A stretch of DNA of 64,000 nt from an uncultured Burkholderiales bacterium (lineage in GTDB: Bacteria > Pseudomonadota > Gammaproteobacteria > Burkholderiales > Usitatibacteraceae): positions 19,905-83,904 of the forward strand of contig CAYQKN010000001.1 in the NCBI GenBank assembly GCA_964417885.1, written 5' to 3'. The notes under the pieces are model-generated. The model did not search any database. It was given only the letters and a program-made list of their open reading frames with translations, and had not been told where the DNA came from. Shown piece by piece: positions 42,194 through 51,310 of the stretch. How positions within the stretch are numbered: the first letter of the stretch is position 1; each line of letters starts with the position of its first letter. The position numbers and the translations under genes are program-made.

Positions 42194-42946
42194 GTGAAAT
42201 CTCAAGGAATCGCCGTGAAATCAATCAAACGTATCATCCTGCTGCTGCTTGCGGCGTTTTCCCTCAACGCGATCGCCAGCCCCGAACAGATCAAGAAAGA
42301 GTTCGAGAAGAAGTATCCGGAAATCAAGGTCGATCGTGTCACCAAGGCCGGATACGGGGATCTGTTCGAGATTTTCGCCGGCGGCGAGATCATTTACACC
42401 GACGAAAAGGTCAGTTACCTGCTGCTGGGAACGCTGGTCGACACGTCAAACCGCAACAATGTGACCGAGACCCGGTTGCAAAAACTGACGGCTATCAAGT
42501 TTGCCGACCTGCCGCTCGAGCATGCGATCAAGCTGGTGCGCGGCAACGGCGCGCGCAAGATGGCGATATTCGAAGACCCGAACTGCGGTTACTGCAAGAA
42601 GTTTGAGCAGGACATCAACGCGATAGACAACATCACCGCGTACATTTTCACCTACCCGATCCTGGCTGCCAGTTCGGTTGAAAAATCCAAGGCGGTGTGG
42701 TGCTCACCGGACCGCCTGAAAGCCTGGCAGGACCTGATGCTGCGCGACCGCGCGCCGGGCGCCAAGGGTACTTGCGACAATCCGATCGACAAGATCGTCC
42801 AGCTTGGCAAAAACTTGCGAGTCACCGGCACGCCGACCACGTTTTTCGAAGACGGCGAGCGTATTTCCGGCGTCATGGACAAGGACCGGATGGAGGCAAG
42901 GCTGACTGCGGCCAAGGCGGCGATGGTGGCCGACGCCAAGAAGTAA
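42194..42946 (+). CDS. dsbC: periplasmic thiol:disulfide interchange protein DsbC/DsbG family
   Basis: About 245 aa with signal peptide IILLLLAAFSLNAIA and thioredoxin-fold active site CGYC. GTG start at 42194 or 42215. Confidence 0.85.
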   Translation: MKSQGIAVKSIKRIILLLLAAFSLNAIASPEQIKKEFEKKYPEIKVDRVTKAGYGDLFEIFAGGEIIYTDEKVSYLLLGTLVDTSNRNNVTETRLQKLTAIKFADLPLEHAIKLVRGNGARKMAIFEDPNCGYCKKFEQDINAIDNITAYIFTYPILAASSVEKSKAVWCSPDRLKAWQDLMLRDRAPGAKGTCDNPIDKIVQLGKNLRVTGTPTTFFEDGERISGVMDKDRMEARLTAAKAAMVADAKK

Positions 42947-42967
42947 CGGGCGGCTTGCACCCCAGGC

Positions 42968-42995
42968 AAACGGTCGCATCGGCGGCCGTTTTTTG
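42968..42995. terminator. hairpin between convergent dsbC and MAPEG genes
   Basis: AAACGGTCGC-atcg-GCGGCCGTTT (one mismatch) followed by a T-run on the + strand. Confidence 0.5.
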
Positions 42996-43029
42996 CTTTC
43001 TGCGCGGCTGTTGCCGCGGGTAAATGTCG

Positions 43030-43413
43030 TCAGCGCGTCGCAGCGACCACGAACAGCGCGATGTTCAGACCCATTGCGGCCATCCAGACCAGGCTGCGTA
43101 GCGTTGCCTGGTTACCGACGTAGCAGGCGATATAGGCGATGCGCGCCACGACGAAGGCCAGCGCCAGACTGTCGACGGTCGCCTGCGGCGCCTGGTTGTA
43201 CACGGCGATCAGCACCCCGGCGGCGAACAGGGGAAAGGCCTCGAAACTGTTCAGATGCGCAGCATGGGCGCGTGCCTGCTTGCCTTGCAGGCGCGCTTCC
43301 CATTCGCGCGGCTGGTCGTTGTGCCGCAGGTAGGACTTGTCGATCTTGGCGATGCCGACCGCCAGAAAGGGCAGCAGGCCGGCGACCAGCACGCACCAGA
43401 ACGCGATGGACAT
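43030..43413 (-). CDS. MAPEG family membrane protein
   Basis: 127 aa starting at MSIAFWCVLVAGLLPF. Three or four TM helices, with ...HLNSFEAFPLFAAGVLIA...ARIAYIACY typical of bacterial MAPEG. The upstream part of track ORF 43030-43851 is rejected. Confidence 0.75.
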   Translation of the reverse strand: MSIAFWCVLVAGLLPFLAVGIAKIDKSYLRHNDQPREWEARLQGKQARAHAAHLNSFEAFPLFAAGVLIAVYNQAPQATVDSLALAFVVARIAYIACYVGNQATLRSLVWMAAMGLNIALFVVAATR

Positions 43414-43418
43414 GGCGG

Positions 43419-44732
43419 TTACTCCTTGCGCATTTGTGAATTCAGTGAGACCGGCGCCGGGGCGGGATTCACGGCGTTGGGATCGTAACCCTTGGGTAGC
43501 AGTACCCACATTTTCCCGCGCTGCTTCATGCGGCCCGCCTGGGCGCCGGCTGCGTCGCCGAAACCCCAGTAAAAATCGGCGCGCACGGCACCATTGATCG
43601 CACCGCCCGTATCCTGCGCCACCATCAGGCGGTTCAGCTCCCGGCTGGTGCCGGGGAAGGTGGTGGACAGAAAAACCGGCACACCGAGGGGGATCACGCG
43701 CGGGTCGACGGCGATCGATCGCTCTGCCGTGAGCGGCACACCCAGGGTGCCGATCGGTCCGGAGAGATCTCCCGGCAATTCCTTGAAAAAGACAAAGCTG
43801 GGATTGCTGTTGAGGAACTGCTGCACCTTGCGCGGATTGCGCCGCGCCCACTCCTTGATCCCCTGCATCGAGGCGCGCTCGGCCTTGATCTCGCCGCGGC
43901 GGATCAATTGTCCGGCGACCGATCGAAACGGATGGCCGTTCTGGTCGGCGTATCCGACCCGCATCCGCGAGCCGTCGGGCAGCTGGATCTGTCCCGAGCC
44001 CTGAATTTCGAGAAAGAACAGTTCCACCGCATTGTCCACCCAGGCGATTTCGAGCCCCCGCAGCGGCGATGTGGCCGACTCAATCTGGCCGCGCTCGAGG
44101 TACGGAATCAGCTTGTTGCCGACGATGCGGCCGCGCAGGCGGCGAAATTTCAGGTCCGGATAGAGTTCGCTCAGGTCGACCGTAATCAGGTCCTGCGGCG
44201 CGGCGTAGATCGGATACTTGAATTCGGTGGTCCGCACCCGCGAGCCGCGCAGCAGTGGCTCGTAATAGCCGGTGACCAGTCCGGTCTGGCTGTCATCGGC
44301 GTTGACCACGCGGTAAGGCTCAAAACCGGAACGAAAAAACTGGCGCACCGATTCCGCGCTCGATTTCATCGACAGGCTGCCGGCACGCGTGCAGACCTCC
44401 AGCCATTCGGCTTTGGTCTGCAGCATCGAGCAACTCTGCAGGAAAGCGTACAGTGCCTCGGTGGGGTCATCAGCGCCCAGGTAGGCGAGTTCGCCCCAGT
44501 CGGCGCGCTCAAGGTGTCCGCGCGGGGCCTCCGCCGTGGGCGAAACCGCCGGCTCGGCCGGAAAGGACGTGAGTGACGGTTCCTGGCAGACACTGCAAAC
44601 CTGGCAGGCCGGGCAGACGGGCGCGGCGGCAATCGGTGCAATGACCGGCGCCGGTGGAGGTGTCGCGCAAGCCGCCAGCAGCAACGTGATCACAAGGGGG
44701 AATTTCTGGACGCAGCGCAGGGTCAATGTCAT
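43419..44732 (-). CDS. mltA: membrane-bound lytic murein transglycosylase A
   Basis: Lipoprotein signal MTLTLRCVQKFPLVITLLLAAC. The MltA-specific region and C-terminal 3D domain (…DTGGAINGAVRADFYWG…) are present. Confidence 0.88.
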   Translation of the reverse strand: MTLTLRCVQKFPLVITLLLAACATPPPAPVIAPIAAAPVCPACQVCSVCQEPSLTSFPAEPAVSPTAEAPRGHLERADWGELAYLGADDPTEALYAFLQSCSMLQTKAEWLEVCTRAGSLSMKSSAESVRQFFRSGFEPYRVVNADDSQTGLVTGYYEPLLRGSRVRTTEFKYPIYAAPQDLITVDLSELYPDLKFRRLRGRIVGNKLIPYLERGQIESATSPLRGLEIAWVDNAVELFFLEIQGSGQIQLPDGSRMRVGYADQNGHPFRSVAGQLIRRGEIKAERASMQGIKEWARRNPRKVQQFLNSNPSFVFFKELPGDLSGPIGTLGVPLTAERSIAVDPRVIPLGVPVFLSTTFPGTSRELNRLMVAQDTGGAINGAVRADFYWGFGDAAGAQAGRMKQRGKMWVLLPKGYDPNAVNPAPAPVSLNSQMRKE

Positions 44733-44770
44733 AGTGCCGGAAGTATAACGGCGGCTCTGGAGAACCAAAG

Positions 44771-44899
44771 ATGTGGTGGGTGCTGTTTGAAGTATTGCTG
44801 GCCTTCGGGCTGGCCGTGTTCATCGTCTGGTGGACTTTTCCCCGTGACAAGAAGGAAAAACCGGCAAACAACCCGCCGTCGAACCCGGACGGGGGCTAG
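44771..44899 (+). CDS. candidate 42-aa single-TM small protein (not in ORF track)
   Basis: ATG preceded by GGAG 8 nt upstream. [42 protein letters not shown] is one hydrophobic helix plus a charged, Pro-rich tail. Weakened because its promoter would have to lie inside the mltA 5-prime region. Confidence 0.3.
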   Translation: MWWVLFEVLLAFGLAVFIVWWTFPRDKKEKPANNPPSNPDGG

Positions 44900-45279
44900 T
44901 GAAGCACGCGCGGTACGGAAAGCGTGAACTCCGGTATCGTCGCTTCGAACTTGTGGCCGTCCTCGGCAACCACCTGGTAGGTCCCGCGCATGGTGCCGAC
45001 AATGGTATTGAGCGACGAGCCACTGGTGTATTCGAATGACTTGCCCGGCTGAATCGTGGGCTGTTCGCCCACAACGCCCATGCCGCGCACTTCCTGAACC
45101 TGGCTGTCGGCATCGGTAATGATCCAGTGGCGGCTCATCACCTTCACGGCGATTGAGCCGGTATTGGTGATCCGGATCGTATAGGCGAACACATACTGGT
45201 CGTTTTCCTCATCCGACTGGTCCGGCAGGTAGAACGCCTGCGCGGTGACACTCATCGAATATTTCTTTTCATCACTCAT
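44896..45279 (-). CDS. apaG: ApaG (DUF525) protein
   Basis: 127 aa starting at [22 protein letters not shown]. ...[13 protein letters not shown]...[10 protein letters not shown]-type core. Confidence 0.9.
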   Translation of the reverse strand: MSDEKKYSMSVTAQAFYLPDQSDEENDQYVFAYTIRITNTGSIAVKVMSRHWIITDADSQVQEVRGMGVVGEQPTIQPGKSFEYTSGSSLNTIVGTMRGTYQVVAEDGHKFEATIPEFTLSVPRVLH

Positions 45280-45331
45280 GCGCGGCATCGTATCACGGGG
45301 CCACGCAGCAAGTTCGCGTAAAATTCCCGCC

Positions 45332-46030
45332 ATGGCCTACCGACTCGCTCCCTCCATACTTTCCGCCGACTTTGCCCGACTGGGTGAAGAAGTCCGCGAT
45401 GTCATCGCGGCCGGCGCCGATGTGATCCACTTCGACGTGATGGACAACCATTACGTCCCCAACCTCACCATCGGCCCGATGGTCTGCCAGGCGGTGCGCC
45501 CGCACGCGGTCAAAGCCGACGGCACCAGGGTGCCGATCGATGTTCACCTCATGGTCAAGCCGGTGGACCGGATCGTGCCGGATTTTGCCAAAGCGGGGGC
45601 CGACATCATCAGTTTTCATCCGGAAGCTTCCGACCATGTCGATCGCACCCTGGGACTGATCCGGGAATCGGGCTGCAAGGCGGGGCTGGTGTTCAATCCG
45701 GCCACGCCACTCAGCTATCTCGATTATGTGATGGACAAGGTGGACCTGGTGTTGATCATGTCGGTGAATCCTGGCTTCGGCGGCCAGAAATTCATCCCCG
45801 CTGCACTGCAGAAATTGCGCGAGGCGCGGCAGCGAATCGATCGCGCCGTCGAAAAGACCGGGCGCCAGATCTGGCTGGAAGTTGACGGTGGCGTCAAGGC
45901 CGACAACATCGCCGAGATCGCCCGTGCCGGTGCGGATACGTTTGTGGCGGGGTCGGCGATATTCGGCCAGCCGGATTACGTGGCGACGGTCCGGTCGATG
46001 CGCGCCGAACTGGGCAAGGTGGCGGCATGA
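45332..46030 (+). CDS. rpe: ribulose-phosphate 3-epimerase
   Basis: [32 protein letters not shown] and [12 protein letters not shown]. The track ORF has a spurious N-terminal extension. Confidence 0.96.
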   Translation: MAYRLAPSILSADFARLGEEVRDVIAAGADVIHFDVMDNHYVPNLTIGPMVCQAVRPHAVKADGTRVPIDVHLMVKPVDRIVPDFAKAGADIISFHPEASDHVDRTLGLIRESGCKAGLVFNPATPLSYLDYVMDKVDLVLIMSVNPGFGGQKFIPAALQKLREARQRIDRAVEKTGRQIWLEVDGGVKADNIAEIARAGADTFVAGSAIFGQPDYVATVRSMRAELGKVAA

Positions 46031-46896
46031 ATACTGGCATGGATAGCGACCTGTCGGAAGATTTTCCCCAAGGCGTCGCCCTGGAACCCGGCACTGGAGC
46101 GGCTGCTGGCGGCGATGCCCTGGAAAACCGCGCTGATACTGGCTCTCCGGCCGATGCCGTTGCGGAAAACGTCGCCGCGCCGAAAAAACTCCGCCTGCGC
46201 GCCAAGCCAAAGTTTGCGTTTCCGATACCGCTCAAGGCGGTCGTGCTGGATCTCGACGGCACGCTGCTCGATACCGTTGGCGATATCGTCACGGCGGCCA
46301 ACATGATGCGCGCCTCACTCGGTTTCGCACCGTTGGACGCCGCGCTGATCGCCACCTTCGTCGGCAAAGGCATTCCCAATCTTGTTTCAAAGACGCTCAA
46401 GGATGCGGTTGGTGAACCTGGCCCGACCGCGCTCAAGGTTGCAGTGGCGAATTTCGAGCGCCAGTACGAAAAGTGCTTTGGCGATACCTCGCGCCCTTAT
46501 CCCGGTGTGATTGACGGCCTGAATGCGCTCAGGGGCAAGGGGTTACGTCTCGGTTGCGTGACCAACAAGGCGGAGAAATTCACCCTGCCGCTGCTGCAAC
46601 GCACCGGGCTCGCAGACTACTTTGAGTTGACGTTGTCCGGCGACTCGCTGCCGGAAAAAAAACCGCATCCGCTGCCGATGCTGCACGCGGCGGAGTTTTT
46701 TGGTGCCGCCAATGCCGAGGTCTTGCTGATCGGTGATTCGGTCAACGATGCGGAGGCGGCGCGCGCGGCCGGTTCACCCGTGTTCATCGTGCCGTATGGC
46801 TACAACGAGGGGCAGGAGTTGCGCGGCCTCGATTGCGATGCCTTCATTGATGACGTGCCGTCGGCGCTGAAACTGGTCAAATGCGTTTCGCCTTAG
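46027..46896 (+). CDS. gph: phosphoglycolate phosphatase (HAD) with ~60-aa N-terminal extension
   Basis: HAD motifs [16 protein letters not shown] and [14 protein letters not shown] overlap with the rpe stop. The nucleophile Asp is at residue 75. Confidence 0.85.
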   Translation: MNTGMDSDLSEDFPQGVALEPGTGAAAGGDALENRADTGSPADAVAENVAAPKKLRLRAKPKFAFPIPLKAVVLDLDGTLLDTVGDIVTAANMMRASLGFAPLDAALIATFVGKGIPNLVSKTLKDAVGEPGPTALKVAVANFERQYEKCFGDTSRPYPGVIDGLNALRGKGLRLGCVTNKAEKFTLPLLQRTGLADYFELTLSGDSLPEKKPHPLPMLHAAEFFGAANAEVLLIGDSVNDAEAARAAGSPVFIVPYGYNEGQELRGLDCDAFIDDVPSALKLVKCVSP

Positions 46897-47019
46897 TTGG
46901 CCAAGCCGGTTGGCGGCAGCCTGCCTATCGCATTGACCGGCAATGAAAAGAGTCCTTGCGTGATGTATTATTCCTGTTCGTAGTTGTCCGAAATCCCTTT
47001 CCTTCCGTATCCGGCAAAT

Positions 47020-47070
47020 ATGACTTTCAGCAGACAAGTGTGGACGTGGCGATGGCATGACTGGCGTTGA
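47020..47070 (+). CDS. trpL: trp operon leader peptide candidate (16 aa, 4 Trp)
   Basis: ATG ACT TTC AGC AGA CAA GTG TGG ACG TGG CGA TGG CAT GAC TGG CGT TGA translates to MTFSRQVWTWRWHDWR, 52 nt upstream of trpE. Overlapping alternative hairpins follow. Confidence 0.6.
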   Translation: MTFSRQVWTWRWHDWR

Positions 47071-47121
47071 ACGCTGCCAGTTGCTGGTGCCTGTCCATTA
47101 AACTTGTTGTGTTGAAAGATC

Positions 47122-48633
47122 ATGACTGAAACCGCCGAATCACGTTTTGCCGCGCTCGCGGCCCAGGGCTACAACCGTATTCCGGTCACGCTCGAGACCT
47201 TTGCCGATCTCGATACGCCGCTTTCGATTTATCTCAAGCTGGGCAACAAGCCCTTTTCCTACCTGCTTGAGTCTGTCATTGGCGGCGAACGTTTTGGCCG
47301 CTATTCGATTATCGGCCTGCCGGCGCGGGAATGGCTGCGCGTCAGGGGCAAGGAGTGTGCGATTGTTCGCGCCAGGCCGGGCGGGCAGGCGGAGACGCTG
47401 GAGCACGTTTTTGTCAGCGATCCGCTGACCTTTGTCGAGAAGTACCGCAAGCGTTTCAACGCCGCGCCGATCGACGGCGCGCTGCGCTTTGCCGGCGGAC
47501 TGGCCGGCTATTTCAGCTACGACACGGTGCGCTACATCGAGCGAAAGCTGGAACTGGACGAACATCAGCAAAAAAAAGACGCCATTGGCGCGCCGGACAT
47601 CGTGCTGATGCTGTCGGACGAGTTGGCGGTGGTCGACAACCTTTCCGGCAAGCTGTACCTGATCGTCTACGCCGACCCGTCGCTGCCGAACGCGTATGTC
47701 AATGCGGTCAGGCGTCTGACCGAATTGCGGCTTGCCCTGCGGCAGCAGGCGCCGTTGCCGGTCTATGTTCCGGGCGGCGGGCACGAACCGCCCGTATCCG
47801 AGATTGGCAAGGACGCATTTCTCAAGGCGGTGGCCACCTGCAAGCAGTACATCGTCGACGGCGACATCATGCAGGTGCAGATTTCCCAGCGCATCTCGCA
47901 GGCCTTCGATGCGCCGCCGATCAACCTGTATCGCGCGCTGCGGTCGATCAACCCGTCTCCTTACATGTTTTATTTTGACATGGGCGATTTTCATATCGTC
48001 GGCGCCTCGCCTGAAATCCTGGTGCGGCAGGAAGGCAAGAAGGTCACGGTGCGGCCGATTGCCGGCACCCGCAAGCGCGGTGAAACGGTCGAGCGTGACC
48101 GCGAGCTTGAAGCCGAACTGCGCAGCGACCCGAAAGAACTTGCCGAGCACCTGATGCTGATCGACCTTGGCCGCAATGACATTGGCCGCATTGCCAAGGT
48201 CGGCAGTATCAAGGTCACCGAACAGATGGTGGTCGAGCGTTATTCGCACGTCATGCACCTGGTGTCGAATGTCGAGGGCGAGATCCGCGACGATGTCGGC
48301 CCGATCGAGCTGCTGCGCGCCACCTTCCCGGCAGGCACCGTGACCGGTACCCCCAAGGTTCGCGCGATGGAAATCATCGACCAGCTCGAGCCGAGCAAGC
48401 GCGGCGTTTATGCCGGGGCAGCAGGCTACCTCGGCTTCAACGGCAACATGGACCTGGCCATTTCGATCCGTACCGGCGTGGTCCGCGACGGCCGTCTGTA
48501 TGTGCAGGCGGCGGCGGGAATTGTTGCCGATTCTGTGCCTGAGCTTGAGTGGCAGGAAACCGAGAACAAGGCGCGCGCCCTGTTGCGGGCGGCCGAAATG
48601 GTTTCCACCGGCATCGACACCAACCCGTCGTGA
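47122..48633 (+). CDS. trpE: anthranilate synthase component I
   Basis: 503 aa with LLESV..GERFGRYS near the N-terminus, and IAGTRKRG and GAAGYLGFNG in the chorismate-binding domain. Confidence 0.96.
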   Translation: MTETAESRFAALAAQGYNRIPVTLETFADLDTPLSIYLKLGNKPFSYLLESVIGGERFGRYSIIGLPAREWLRVRGKECAIVRARPGGQAETLEHVFVSDPLTFVEKYRKRFNAAPIDGALRFAGGLAGYFSYDTVRYIERKLELDEHQQKKDAIGAPDIVLMLSDELAVVDNLSGKLYLIVYADPSLPNAYVNAVRRLTELRLALRQQAPLPVYVPGGGHEPPVSEIGKDAFLKAVATCKQYIVDGDIMQVQISQRISQAFDAPPINLYRALRSINPSPYMFYFDMGDFHIVGASPEILVRQEGKKVTVRPIAGTRKRGETVERDRELEAELRSDPKELAEHLMLIDLGRNDIGRIAKVGSIKVTEQMVVERYSHVMHLVSNVEGEIRDDVGPIELLRATFPAGTVTGTPKVRAMEIIDQLEPSKRGVYAGAAGYLGFNGNMDLAISIRTGVVRDGRLYVQAAAGIVADSVPELEWQETENKARALLRAAEMVSTGIDTNPS

Positions 48634-48644
48634 GGAGATAAATC

Positions 48645-49214
48645 ATGCTGCTCATGATCGACAACTACGACTCCTTCACCTTCAACCTGGTCCAGTATTT
48701 CGGTGAGCTGGGAGAGGATGTGGTGGTAAAACGCAACGACGAGATCACCCTCGACGACATCGAAAAAATGGCGCCGCAGAGAATCGTCGTCTCGCCGGGG
48801 CCTTGCTCGCCGACCGAAGCCGGCATCTCGGTGCCGGCGATCGGGCGATTTGCCGGCAAGGTGCCGATCCTGGGCGTTTGCCTGGGCCACCAGAGTATCG
48901 GGCAGGCCTTTGGCGGGCGAATCGTCCATGCGAAAACGCTGATGCACGGCAAGACATCGCAGATGACGCATACCGGGGTTGGCGTCTTTGCCGGCCTGCC
49001 ATCGCCGTACCGCATCACCCGCTATCACTCGCTGGTGATCGAGCGCGAGACCTGCCCGTCCTGCCTTGAAATCACCGCATGGACCGATGATGGGGAAATC
49101 ATGGGGGTGCGGCACAGGACATTGCCGGTCGAGGGGGTGCAATTCCACCCTGAATCGATCATGACCGAACACGGTCATGCCCTGTTGAAGAATTTTCTGA
49201 ATGTGAAGGTGTAA
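48645..49214 (+). CDS. trpG: anthranilate synthase component II (glutamine amidotransferase)
   Basis: 189 aa with [18 protein letters not shown], catalytic GVCLGHQ and FHPES. Confidence 0.96.
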   Translation: MLLMIDNYDSFTFNLVQYFGELGEDVVVKRNDEITLDDIEKMAPQRIVVSPGPCSPTEAGISVPAIGRFAGKVPILGVCLGHQSIGQAFGGRIVHAKTLMHGKTSQMTHTGVGVFAGLPSPYRITRYHSLVIERETCPSCLEITAWTDDGEIMGVRHRTLPVEGVQFHPESIMTEHGHALLKNFLNVKV

Positions 49215-49216
49215 CG

Positions 49217-50245
49217 ATGTTCAGCCCGCAAGAAGCAATCAACCGCCTGTCTGACAAGCGGGAAATTTTCTACGACGAAATGGTCGACCTGTTTCGCCAG
49301 GTGATGGAAGGCAAGGTTACGCCGGTTCAACTGGCGGCCATCCTGATGGGCCTGCACGTGAAATCCGAATCGGTTTCCGAAATCGCGGCGGCGGCGCAGG
49401 TGATGCGCGAGTTTTCAACCCGCGTTGAGGTCGGCGACTTGCCGCACCTGGTCGATACCTGCGGAACCGGCGGCGACAAGGCACAAACATTCAACGTTTC
49501 AACCGCGGCGGCATTTGTTGCGGCCGCGGCCGGCGCCCATGTTGCCAAGCATGGCGGGCGGTCAGTTTCGTCCAAATCAGGCAGCGCGGATGTGCTTGAA
49601 ATGCTCGGCGTCAATCTGAATCTGTCGCCCGAACAGGTAGCGGCATGCATCAAACAGGTGGGCGTCGGTTTCATGTTCGCGCCGAATCATCATCCGGCGA
49701 TGAAGTATGCGGCCCCGGTTCGCAAGGAGCTGGGGATGCGTACCATCCTCAACATCCTCGGCCCGCTGACCAACCCGGCCGGCGCGCCGAATCAGGTGAT
49801 GGGCGTATTTCACAGTGACCTCGTCGGCATCCAGGCGCGGGTGCTCAAGGAGCTTGGCTCGAGTCACGTGATGGTGGTGCACGGCGAAGACGGACTCGAT
49901 GAAATTACCTTGACCGGTCCGACCCTGGTGGCGGAACTGAAGCATGGTTTCGTCACCGAGTTCCGGATCGAGCCGAAGCAGTTCGGCCTGGATACCGCGC
50001 CAGTCGAATCGATCCGGGCAAACGACATGGAAGCATCGAAAGCGCTGGTGCTGTCGGTACTGGAAAACGTGCCCGGTCCGGCACGCGATATCGTGTTGCT
50101 CAATGCCGGCGCGGCCATCTACGTCGCCGGCGTCGCCAGTGACTTGTGGGGCGGCGTCGCCAAGGCGCGCGAGATGATCGAGTCCGGGCGTGCGCGCGCC
50201 AAACTGGACGAGCTGGTCAAATTTACCTCGGCGGTCGAGCGCTGA
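49217..50245 (+). CDS. trpD: anthranilate phosphoribosyltransferase
   Basis: 342 aa with [26 protein letters not shown] and GPLTNPA. Confidence 0.96.
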   Translation: MFSPQEAINRLSDKREIFYDEMVDLFRQVMEGKVTPVQLAAILMGLHVKSESVSEIAAAAQVMREFSTRVEVGDLPHLVDTCGTGGDKAQTFNVSTAAAFVAAAAGAHVAKHGGRSVSSKSGSADVLEMLGVNLNLSPEQVAACIKQVGVGFMFAPNHHPAMKYAAPVRKELGMRTILNILGPLTNPAGAPNQVMGVFHSDLVGIQARVLKELGSSHVMVVHGEDGLDEITLTGPTLVAELKHGFVTEFRIEPKQFGLDTAPVESIRANDMEASKALVLSVLENVPGPARDIVLLNAGAAIYVAGVASDLWGGVAKAREMIESGRARAKLDELVKFTSAVER

Positions 50246-51057
50246 TGTCGGACATCCTGCAGAAGATACTCGCGACCAAGCGGCGGGAGGTGGCGGAGGC
50301 CAGGCAACGTGTGTCGCAAGCCGAACTCGAGGCGCGTGTTCGCGATGCCGGCCCGTTGCGGGATTTTGTCGGCGCCATCCGCGCCAGGCATGCGGCCGGT
50401 TTGCCGGCGGTCATTGCCGAAATCAAGAAAGCCAGTCCCAGCGCGGGGGTTTTTCGCGCCGAGGCAGATGGCCGGTTCGATCCCGGCGAATTCGCCCGCA
50501 GTTACGAACAGCATGGCGCCGCCTGTCTGTCGGTACTGACCGATCGCGATTATTTCCAGGGCTCGGCCGAGGACCTGGTCGCCGCGCGCGCCGCCTGCTC
50601 CCTGCCGGTGCTGCGCAAGGATTTCATCGTCGATCCGTACCAGATCATGGAGGCGCGGGCGATGGGTGCCGATGCCGTGCTATTCATCATGGGTGTAGTG
50701 CCGGTCGCCGTATTCCAGCAATGGGAGCAACTAGCTGTTTCGATGGGCCTGGCGGTGCTGGCGGAGTCTCACAATGCCGACGAGTTGGAGCAGGCGCTTT
50801 GCCTTGAAACGTCGTTAATTGGCATTAATAATCGTGATTTGACGCGATTTGTGACCGATGTCAACGTTACCCTTGCGCTGCAGAAAATGGTGCCGCCCGA
50901 ACGGATAATCGTGACAGAAAGCGGAATTGGCAGTACCGAGACCGCAAGCCGCATGACCGCGGCCGGGGTGAAGACGTTCCTGATCGGTGGCGCGCTGATG
51001 GAAGAGTCGAATCCCGGGCAAAAACTCGCGAGCCTGTTTCCTGGCGGACTGCAATGA
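50245..51057 (+). CDS. trpC: indole-3-glycerol-phosphate synthase
   Basis: [16 protein letters not shown] and VIAEIKKASPS. TGATG overlap with trpD. The track ORF has a spurious N-terminal extension. Confidence 0.95.
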   Translation: MSDILQKILATKRREVAEARQRVSQAELEARVRDAGPLRDFVGAIRARHAAGLPAVIAEIKKASPSAGVFRAEADGRFDPGEFARSYEQHGAACLSVLTDRDYFQGSAEDLVAARAACSLPVLRKDFIVDPYQIMEARAMGADAVLFIMGVVPVAVFQQWEQLAVSMGLAVLAESHNADELEQALCLETSLIGINNRDLTRFVTDVNVTLALQKMVPPERIIVTESGIGSTETASRMTAAGVKTFLIGGALMEESNPGQKLASLFPGGLQ

Positions 51058-51310
51058 TGAGACTCGCAATGTTGCACAAACGCAACAGCAGGGTCTGGGT
51101 GTGGCGAATTTCACAGTGAACACTTGAGCAAAGGTCCCAAGTTTGGCAATATGGTAGTAGCTTCTCAAAAGATTTCGGCGGTACCTGCGTGGGAGAAGTT
51201 GTCGTGAGGTGATAGCTGGCTGGCCCAAGAAGTCGGCGGTATGACTTGCCTCTAGAGGTTTCCTGCTCTGAAGAATTAAAAAGCCTCAATTTAACCAAAG
51301 GAGATTTGTG

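Noticed and set aside
43414-43851. Upstream part of track ORF 43030-43851 (-), giving a long MAPEG protein.
   Set aside because: That segment is an alternative frame of the mltA 3-prime end. The MAPEG-like hydrophobic protein starts at MSIAFWCVLV (43413), 5 nt after the mltA stop.
46897-47019. Search for the trp operon promoter and a TrpR-like operator upstream of the leader peptide.
   Set aside because: The candidate hexamers (TTGACC at 46933, TATTAT at 46966) have incompatible spacing, and no clear palindrome is present. No call is made.
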